64,000 nt of DNA. Origin: the human T2T-CHM13v2.0 reference genome, Homo sapiens. The stretch is from assembly GCF_009914755.1 (NCBI RefSeq), contig NC_060933.1; one strand, given 5' to 3'. Below are positions 53,764-64,000 of this stretch, one piece after another. Every line of letters begins with the position of its first letter. The first letter of the stretch is position 1. A program made the translations under genes and the position numbers. The notes under the pieces were generated by a model. That model had not been told where the DNA came from and did not search any database. It was given only the letters and a program-made list of their open reading frames with translations.

Positions 53764-54164
53764 CCTTGGCTCACCAGGTCTTCTTATGAAACTTCAGCCT
53801 GTTCTCCAGTCTGGAACACATAACTGCAAATGGGGAATTTTCTGTCTTGGACTCTCTCTTGTCTCATGTGAGATCCTGCTTTAAGTCACTCTTCTTTGTA
53901 CATTGGCTTACTTTATATTCATTCTGGTTGTGAACATTATTGAAAATAAAGTCACCGCCTCACTGACCATAGACCTTCCTTACCCATAAGCACCTGCTTG
54001 GGTTCTGCGCTTGGCCCTGGAGATAGAGACATGAGACCCTGCCCCAAAGTTTACAGACAGAGAACAGGCCTTGGATAGGCATGAACCCAACCAGGGAATG
54101 CTAACGCCTTGCAGGCACCCATCTCTTTCATGTGCTAAATATCTGCACGTCTGTTCTCTTGCAG

Positions 54165-54380
54165 GGCGAGAGCTAGACAGACCTGGCTTTAAATCTCAGT
54201 CTGTCTCTCATAAGCAGGTGGACTTGGCCATGCCACTCAACCTCTCCAAGCCTCGATGTCCTCATCTATAAAATAGAGGTAGTCATAGCCCCTACTAGTG
54301 CAGATCCTACGTGAGGACTAGCTGGGACTATATGTGAACATTTACTACCATGCTATACACGGTCAGCACCCAAGAAACAC
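54165..54380 (+). mobile_element. MIR
   Basis: 'gagctagacagacctggctttaaatctcag...caacctctccaagcctcgatgtcctcatctataaaat'. Confidence 0.8.
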
Positions 54381-55274
54381 TCCCCTATGAACCAGGCAGA
54401 GCAGAAACTATTATTCCCCTTTTTTTCTAATGAAGAAACTGAACTCCAGAAAGTCTAAGTGACTTTTCTGAGACCAAGGTGGAGCTGATACTAAAACCTT
54501 GGTCTCCTAAGCCCAGCATGTGCTGTGTTCTGGGCTAACAACTGCTGATTCTAAAAGCACACGAACATTTAAGGTTCACTGGTGCAACTCCTAAGGAAAT
54601 TTCCAAACACATTTGCTACCTCATCACTACCTGGAATAACTTTGGAAGGGCCCACAAAGAATTCAGCACTGCCATTTCCCCGTAATGGTGACTGACTGGC
54701 CATATGCTCATCTAGTTTCCCATCTACTCCACCCACGGCAAGAGGGAGAGCATGCCTACCTGCCGGCAGAGGGGCTCGGCTCCTGTCTGATGGCCCTGTG
54801 GAATGACACTCTCACATCAGCTCAGGAAATTCTTCCCCATACATCTTGGAAATGGTTCCCTCTCAACAGACTTCCCACAAATACGGCTTTTGCTGATTAC
54901 TTCTGACTTAATGCTTAAACGTTTTCAACGGAAGAGAGTTGTCTGGTTTTACTTCTTGCACATAAAATAATGCACTTATCATTAGTCATCTCCTTCCTGC
55001 TCACACTTGAAAATGTATGCACATTTTTCTCATTTGCTATCATCTGAAACCTGAGACCTTTCAAGGTATGGGGAACGCAATGTATCTTGAAGTCAGGAAC
55101 CTCAGACAAGTTGTGGCTTTTTATAGCCTCCAACGATAATAGGATGACAGTTCGGTTCTTCACTTTTTGAAAATATGATGAAATTTCTGGCTTTTGCTCC
55201 AGAAAAAAAATACACATATACACAAAATCACAGATACCCTTCAAGACTTCATGCATTCCAGATAGAAAAACAAC

Positions 55275-55334
55275 TCCATAACAAACCTGCTCATGGACCC
55301 CCGACCCTGAAATAAAAGTTGGAAAAAAAAAAAA
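55275..55334 (+). mobile_element. Very short L1P 3' terminus with A tail
   Basis: 'taacaaacctgctcatggacccccgaccctgaaataaaagttgg' plus A12 resembles the extreme 3' end of older L1PA/L1PB. Confidence 0.6.
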
Positions 55335-55431
55335 GGTTTCGAATACTGTGCCAGGGACTAAGAATAAAGACTGTGACACATTCATTAGAGGAGAGGAAAA
55401 AAAATCACACACAAAAACAAGCTCAAATTTC

Positions 55432-55748
<317 letters not shown>

Positions 55749-56362
55749 TCAAATTTCTTGACATTCAAGGCCATAAACCTCCGGCTTTGGGTTTCCATCT
55801 AGCTCCCACCTTCCTCTCTCCTAATACACTCCATGCACCCATCCCTCCTGCCTACCTGAACTCCTCGAGGCTCCCCCAACAGAGCCTTGTGCCTTTGTTT
55901 TCTTCACTAGGGACCTCCTTCCCCTCATTTTCATATTTCAAATCCTACTCACGCTTTAAACCTCAGGTCAAGTGCCACCTCCTTGTCAGTTTTTAAAAGT
56001 TCTTCCCATCAGGAAATAACCTCTCCCCACACCTGCCTCTCTTGGCAATTTGTCTTTATGCTTGCAGTACTTAGCACATTCCACCTTACAGATATTGATG
56101 CGTGGGTCTTGCCACCCCTACTGGCTGGCGATCTAATTCACTTCTGCAGTCTTCCCCTGACACACAGTAAGTGCTCAATAAACACTCGAGATAAATAAAT
56201 ATCTGTTTCTCTAATCCACACATGGTACAAATGAAATTCAAATAAGTATGCAAATATTCATTTCTCTGTGACCCAGACTTTTTTATTTATGTAAAATCTT
56301 CAAAGGTGCTTGGGGTCAATGTGTGCTGGTCTGCAGGGTCAGGGTTCCTGATTGAACTCTCA

Positions 56363-56729
56363 TGTATTAGTCTGTTTTCACACTGCTATAAAGAACTACT
56401 TGAGACTGGGTAATTTATGATGAAGAGGTTTAACTGACTTAGAGTTCTGCAGGCTTAACAGCAAGCATGACTGGGAGGCCTCAGGAAACTTACAATCATG
56501 GCGGAAGGCAAAGGGGAAGCAAGGACCTTCTTCACAAGGTGGCAGGAAAGAGAGAGAAGCGGGAGCTGCCACACAGTTTTAAACCATCACATCTCATGAG
56601 AATTCACTCGTTATCACGAGAACAGCATGGGGGAAACTGCCCCCATGATCCAATCCCCTCCCACCAGGTCTTGTGGGGATTACAATCCGAGATGAGATTT
56701 GGGTAGGGACACAGAGCCAAACCATATCA
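56363..56729 (-). mobile_element. MSTA-type MaLR solo LTR
   Basis: tgtattagtctgttttcacactgctataaag ... gagccaaaccatatca; TSD tctca/cctca. Confidence 0.9.
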
Positions 56730-58298
56730 CCTCAGGAATCAATTGAGCCCAGAATTTCAACCGGAGGTCAGCAGTGCACACATGAATGGGCCATTCAGCA
56801 GGAAAGCGGATGATTCTTCAGGAAGAATCTATTCTCCAGTCAGAAAGATCATGTTCTGTGCTTACGACAGCATGCTTAGTTTAGATAGTTAAGAACTCCT
56901 CTTCGTTATTTTTGAGGGGACTTCAATAAGAGGTGCCACCAATTTAAGGGGCAGGGTTCTGGGTCTGGAGAATTTCTGATTAATATTTCTCTAATCTTCT
57001 CCAGGATTGGACAAAGCTACATTCCTTGGTTGTACGACAAGGCCCAGCCACAAAACAGAGTCCACTGGGAGATTCCTTGTTTTCTGTTCTCTGAGAATGT
57101 TTCAACTTTATTCTAGATTCTACATAGAATCTACCGGATTTGGGGATTCATCTATTGGCACCAAACATGGCACAGGGCCCAAGAGATGTGCTTGGAGACA
57201 AGGTAAGAAGTAAAGCCTGAGTGCCCAATAAAACCTTTAGTGGACAAACACTTCCGAATTAGGACCACAGCTGCTTGGCAGGCTGACTCCTCTCTTTACA
57301 GCAAACCTGGTTGTTAGGGTGATAGGAAGTAATGAAATGGGGAGAGGATTGTGAAATGTTACATGGAAAAAGGGGCTTCTGGGCCATATATAAGTCATGT
57401 TCCAAATATATACCTCTGAATAAGAGGAAAGCAGTCCATAACCCAGCTCCCAGGCATTGCGTGGCATCGTGATATCAATAAAACCCCCTCCGATTTCTCC
57501 AAGCCTGTCTCTGTCTTCATTTATATTACACTGGGGTCCTGAATGGCTATGATTCTTGAGAAAGGAGTCCAGTTCCCTGAAATATCTATGTTCAGGAGAA
57601 GGAGCCCAATACTAGTAAAATGGGTCCCCTCGAGCCCAAAATTAATCAATTGATGGAACAAGCATCTTGCTTTAAAAATAATTGAGATTGCAATTTATTT
57701 ACTTCTGCCTCTGACAGAAGTTTTAAAAAGAAAGACTTAGGCTGCCCTAATACCTTGAGTGAAAGAGGAAATTTTCCGTTGATTATTCTTATTTTTTTCC
57801 CATACCTTCAAAGTTAAGCTTTGAATGTGAAATGGAAACTGGAGACCAACACAGCCTCATGGCCAGGCAAACATTGGTGTAGGAGTCAGGCCCAGGACCC
57901 AGGTTCCAGTCTATCTCTTACTAGCTTTGGGACTTGGGGCAAGTTTCTTACCTCCCTCCAGCATAGCTTCCCCATGTATGATTCAGTGGGGCAGAACCAT
58001 TATGTCCACAACTCAAACAGCTTGCCTCAACAGCTGGTGACTTATTTGTCACCATGAGCATGATTTTAAAGGAAAGCCTGATTGACCACTTGGTGACCCT
58101 AAGAACTAGCTGTTGTCTAATGCTCTCAGATTCCATGGGCCTTTCTCACACGTGTCATTTCATATCATGACCATGACAATCCAGCCAAGGAGGTACCTGG
58201 ATTTCCATTTTACAGACATGATTAGGCCAAAGTGACTTTACCACCAAGCCCAGGGTGCCATGATCAGAGATTGAGAACATTATCCCAGGCCTGGCTGA

Positions 58299-58673
<375 letters not shown>

Positions 58674-58884
58674 TCAGAGGGAGGTTCTTGAACCAGGGAA
58701 CTGACCAGCATGATGAGTTCTAAGGTCTGGGCTTTTAGCAATAAATGAGGAGTCTGGATAAAAACAGGAGTTCTAAAAACTTCTCGTAGCAAAAAAGATC
58801 CCCTCGCTTCAAAGGAAATCTAATGTAGAATGCCAACATATGAAATAGATCCTTGTAGCATCCCTCTGGTTGAAAAAGAGACGG

Positions 58885-59305
58885 CATCCACCCAAATGTC
58901 CATCAACTGACAAATGAATACTAAATGTGGTCTATCCATCTCTTGGAATATTATTCAGCTGTAAAAAGGAATGAAGTACTGACACAAGCCACAACAAGGG
59001 TGAACTTCGAAAATATTATACTAAGTGAAAGAAGCCAATCACAAAAGACTGCATAGGGTATGATTCTATTCAGATGAAATATCCAGGATAGCTAAATCTG
59101 CAGAGACAGAAAGCAGACTGTTGGTTGCCGGGAAGTGGGGGGAGGGGGAATGGAGAGTGATTGCTTGATGGTTTCCTTTTGGAGTGGCAAAACGCTGTGG
59201 AGCTAGTGGTGACGGTTGCACGACTTTGTGAATGTACTAAATGCCACGGAATTGTGCGCTTTTAAATGGTTCATTGTATCACATGTGAATTTTACCTCCA
59301 TTTAT
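58885..59305 (+). mobile_element. L1MB 3' end
   Basis: 'cccaaatgtccatcaactga', 'aaaaggaatgaagtactga', 'gtgaatgtactaaatgccac..aattgt'. Confidence 0.88.
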
Positions 59306-59696
59306 ATAACGTTTCCAGAATCCTACCCCATAAGCTTCCTGCTTCGCATGTCCCTACAGAGCCTCCACGGAACCTTGGTAAGAAAATCAATTGAGTCACT
59401 AGATATTACAAAATGCTACCTTAGCCAAAATAGTTCACATATGACAGATGTTTTCCTCCTTCAGGAGCCAAAGGTAATTTCTCCTAACACATGAAATAAA
59501 TATCAGCCAGTGACATCTTGCTACCTGGAAACAGAACCTTGCATTGGTAACCAGCTCCAATGTCGATTCTAGTCCACAGTCATCAAGCAGCTTCATTTTT
59601 AGGATACATCATTGATTTTAAACTAAAAAATCTGCTTTAAGTATACCAGGAAAGAGAATAATAACTAAGCATTGTTTTTTCTTTCACGTCCAGTAG

Positions 59697-59957
<261 letters not shown>

Positions 59958-60000
59958 TGAGTGGTAAACTCAGCATTATCAAGCACTTACCATACATTAA

Positions 60001-60357
<357 letters not shown>

Positions 60358-61659
60358 TAGAAAAGATTATGAGGCTCAAAACAGCTATGCAACATCTCCA
60401 AGGACTCACCACCAGTTGGTGACAGAGTCAGGATTGGAATCTCAGGTTTTTCAGCTCCAGAGAAGGCACCCTCGAATATGCCAAGGTGGGTGTCAGCAGA
60501 GTCAAGTTCTTCCCCCGGTAGACTGCCTGAGGACTGCTTTCAGTCCCACCAAGAAACTGACCCTAGGCTACAAGACCCAGAGTTCAGGGAGATGCATGAT
60601 GCATGCACACGGGTCTGGGGCTCCTTCTGAGGACTCCTCTGCACCTGTCCAGGGCAGTTTGGGGAGATGAGGAGTTTGGGGGATCTACTTTTTATCTTTA
60701 GTCTGTGTGAGGAAGTGAAGACCCGCCTCAGCAGTCTTGCTGACAAACTGTTCTCAAGAAATAACTAATGATGGACAGAAACTTCAGATCCTCTTTTGCT
60801 AAAGAGTTGAAGGGAAAGGCTGGGATTCCATTTGTTTTTTTCAAAAAATAGGTCAGATTCTGTGCAAACGCTAGAAACCCTGGCTTCTAAAGGTAACTTC
60901 TAGCCTGGAAGTCTACATAACATCATTTTATGCAGTTGGAGTGACATAGTCTCAGATTTGGACACAGGATTCAGCACTACAACACTGTGCAGCATAAATC
61001 AGGTAATTTTTCAACTTATTCTGAAACATTTCTACGCAAAGGAGTTGAGAATAATTTCAGCCTTTTCCTCTGCATGGTAAGTTTATCAAAATGATCATAA
61101 TCCCTTACATATAAACACACTTTATGGATTACAAAGTACTTTCATGGATAATCCTTGCTGAGTTAAAAACAAAAGGTGAAATTAAGAAAAAATATCAGTA
61201 AATGGCGTTAGCTATTATCATATATCTTTACATTGTAGGTAAGAAGAGGATGAGATGAAAGGGTTTTATATTAGAATAAAAGTCAAGTTCCAACTTCTAA
61301 CTGTTCCTGGTTATCAATAAAAAAGTCAATGCTTTTTAAATTAAAAATGAGGTGCTGCTATTTATGACTTGATAAGTTGTAAAATGCCTTTCCTATCCTT
61401 CCCAATGGTCCTATGCCCCATTATTAAATTTTAGGCCTGCAGCTCATATAGATGACATAGAATGCAGCTCCTATGGATTAACTGGCGTAGGTAAAGAAAA
61501 GCAACTAGAACAAGAAAAATAAAACTAAATGTGTTTCAATGTCATTTAATGAAAATACAGTAGAACGCTTCTACCCCTTCATGTTTAGGTGGCACAGCTT
61601 AAAAAGACTCAGGCCATACAAGGGCTCTTGAACTTCTTGCTCCCAATAAAGGAATAAGA

Positions 61660-62598
61660 ATGCTGATGTGTCTCAAAAAGTGGGCGAATGATATGAACAG
61701 ACACTTCTCAAAAGAAGACATTTACGCATCCAACAAAGATATGAAAAAAAGCTCATCATCACTGGTCATTAGAGAAATGCAAATCAAAACCACAATGAGA
61801 TACCATCTCACGCCAGTTAGAATGGCGATCATTAAAAAGTCAGGAAACAACAGATGCTGGAGAGAATGTGGAGAAATAGGAACACTTTTACACTGTTGGT
61901 GGGAGTGTAAATTAGTTCAACTATTGTGGAAGACAGTGTGGCGATTCCTCAAGGATCTAGAACCAGAAATACCATTTGGCCCAGCAATCCCATTACTGGG
62001 TATATACCCAAAGGATTGTAAATCTTTCTACTATAAAGACACATGCACACGTATGTTTATTGCAGCACTAGTCACAATAGCAAAGACTTGGAACCAAAGC
62101 AAATGCCCATCAATGATAGACTGGATAAAGAAAATGTGGCCGGCCAGCCGCCCCATCCGGGAGGGAGGTGGGGGGGTCAGCCCCCCGCCCGGTCAGCCGC
62201 CCCGTCCGGGAGGGAGGTGGGGGGGTCAGCCCCCCGCCCGGCCAGCCGCCCCGTCCGGGAGGGAGGTGGGGGGGTCAGCCCCCCGCCCGGCCAGCCGCCC
62301 CGTCCGGGAGGGAGGTGGGGGGGGGGGTCAGCCCCCCTGCCCGGCCAGCCGCCCCGTCCAGGAGGTGAGGGGCGCCTCTGCCCGGCCGCCCCTACTGGGA
62401 AGTGAGGAGCCCCTCTGCCCGGCCAGCCGCCCCGTCCGGGAGGGAGGTGGGGGGGTCAGCCCCCCGCCCGGCCAGCCGCCCCGTCCGGGAGGGAGGTGGG
62501 GGGGTCAGCCCCCCGCCCGGCCAGCCGCCCCGTCCGGGAGGGAGGTGGGGGGGGGGGTCAGCCCCCCTGCCCGGCCAGCCGCCCCGTCCAGGAGGTGA
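61660..62598 (+). other. 312-codon chimeric ORF: L1 ORF2 C-terminus fused in frame to SVA VNTR (no evidence of expression)
   Basis: [15 protein letters not shown]...[19 protein letters not shown]...DWIKKMW is the L1 ORF2p C-terminal domain, followed by Pro/Gly/Arg-rich VNTR translation; ATG lies in the left TSD. Confidence 0.5.
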
Positions 62599-63612
62599 GG
62601 GGCGCCTCTGCCCGGCCGCCCCTACTGGGAAGTGAGGAGCCCCTCTGCCCGGCCAGCCGCCCCGTCCCGGAGGGAGGTGGGGGGGTCAGCCCCCCGCCCG
62701 GCCAGCCGCCCCGTCCGGGAGGGAGGTGGGGGGGGGGGTCAGCCCCCCTGCCCGGCCAGCCGCCCCGTCCAGGAGGTGAGGGGCGCCTCTGCCCGGCCGC
62801 CCCTACTGGGAAGTGAGGAGCCCCTCTGCCCGGCCAGCCGCCCCGTCCGGGAGGGAGGTGGGGGGGTCAGCCCCCCGCCCGGCCAGCCGCCCCGTCCGGG
62901 AGGGAGGTGGGGGGGGTCAGCCCCCCCGCCCGGCCAGCCGCCCCGTCCGGGAGGTGAGGGGCGCCTCTGCCCGGCCGCCCCTACTGGGAAGTGAGGAGCC
63001 CCTCTGCCCGGCCACCACCCCGTCTGGGAGGTGTGCCCAACAGCTCATTGAGAACGGGCCAGGATGACAATGGCGGCTTTGTGGAATAGAAAGGTGGGAA
63101 AGGTGGGGAAAAGATTGAGAAATCGGATGGTTGCCGTGTCTGTGTGGAAAGAAGTAGACATGGGAGACTTTTCATTTTGTTCTGCACTAAGAAAAATTCC
63201 TCTGCCTTGGGAAAAAAAAAAAAAAAGAAAATGTGGCATATATACACCATGGAATACTATGCAGCCATAAAAAAGAATGAGTTCATGTCCTTTGCAGGGA
63301 CCTGAATGAAGCTGGAAACCGTCATTCTTAGCAAACTAACACAAAAACAGAAAACCAAACACTGCACGTTCCTACTCATAAGTGGGAGTTGAACAATGAG
63401 AACACATGAGCACAGGGAGGGGAACATCACACACTGGGGCCTGTCGGTGGGTGGGGACTAGGGGAGGGATAGCATTAGGAGAAATACCTAATGTAGATGA
63501 CATGTTGATGGGTGCAGCAAATCACCATGGCACGTGTATACCTATGTAACAAACCTATATGTTCTGCACATGTATCCCAGAACTTAAAGTATGAAAAAGA
63601 AAAAAAAAAAAA
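61673..63612 (+). mobile_element. 5'-truncated L1PA7-like element (host of the SVA)
   Basis: ORF2 C-terminal coding sequence, 3' UTR and A tail; perfect 17-bp TSD aagaatgctgatgtgtc (61656-61672 / 63613-63629). Confidence 0.96.
62141..63223 (+). mobile_element. SVA (SVA_F-like), 5'-truncated in the VNTR and 3'-truncated in SINE-R
   Basis: VNTR 62141-~63030, SINE-R ~63031-63211, A15 run; perfect 14-bp TSD aaagaaaatgtggc (62127-62140 / 63224-63237); 'gggccaggatgacaatggcggctttg' and 'ctgcactaagaaaaattcctc' recalled as F-type. Confidence 0.95.
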
Positions 63613-64000
63613 AAGAATGCTGATGTGTCAAAGTCATCCTAAGAAAACTGTACTGCCATGCCATACTGGCATAAAAGGCTACCCAAATCTCCTTACAGTA
63701 CCATACGATTTCTCAGAACCTAATATCTGCTGCTGAGACCAATAACTATTAGAGAATAGATTTTTGAGGAATGAGTTTTATTGCAGTAATTCTGACCAAA
63801 TAGCAATTAATCCATTGCTTTTCCCTTGGGATGGCTAAAGAAGGCAGCTGCAGACACATACGTACTGGTGAACACATTATTTGGCTGCCATCGGGTCTGA
63901 GCTGCTCAGAGGACAGCTTTGAAGCACTGATCGGTGGAAGAAGCCACACCTGGTGGGATTGGCCCATGCAAACTACAGGTAAACATTCTCAGCCGAGTCT

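Noticed and set aside
62141-63030. CRISPR-like regular repeats
   Set aside because: No unique spacers; the units are the known SVA VNTR in a primate context.

Overview
Primate genomic DNA, very likely human because it carries an SVA with SVA_F-like diagnostic bases. The window is intergenic or deep-intronic: I find no protein-coding exon, RNA gene, CRISPR array or full CpG island I can support, and I could not identify the locus. It is dominated by interspersed repeats: about 21 Alu/FLAM copies, many MIR/L2/L1M relics, two L1PA7/8-type 3' ends, solo LTRs (LTR3, THE1, MLT1, MER41A, MSTA) and DNA-transposon relics (Charlie1a, MER58A, MER5, MER63, MADE2). Unique stretches between them carry developmental transcription-factor motif clusters. 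The most striking structure is at 61.7-63.6 kb: a doubly truncated SVA nested in a 5'-truncated L1PA, each with a perfect target-site duplication (TSD), creating a 312-codon L1-ORF2/SVA-VNTR fusion ORF. Also notable are several inverted-duplication scars (a 142-bp hairpin, an 18-bp double-octamer palindrome, twin hairpins), an Alu-L1 compound insertion, a 71-bp triplication, and PBX-HOX-MEIS and MAF motif clusters. I see no evidence of a new multi-gene system. Repeat subfamily calls come from recalled consensus sequences, and boundaries of old repeats are approximate.
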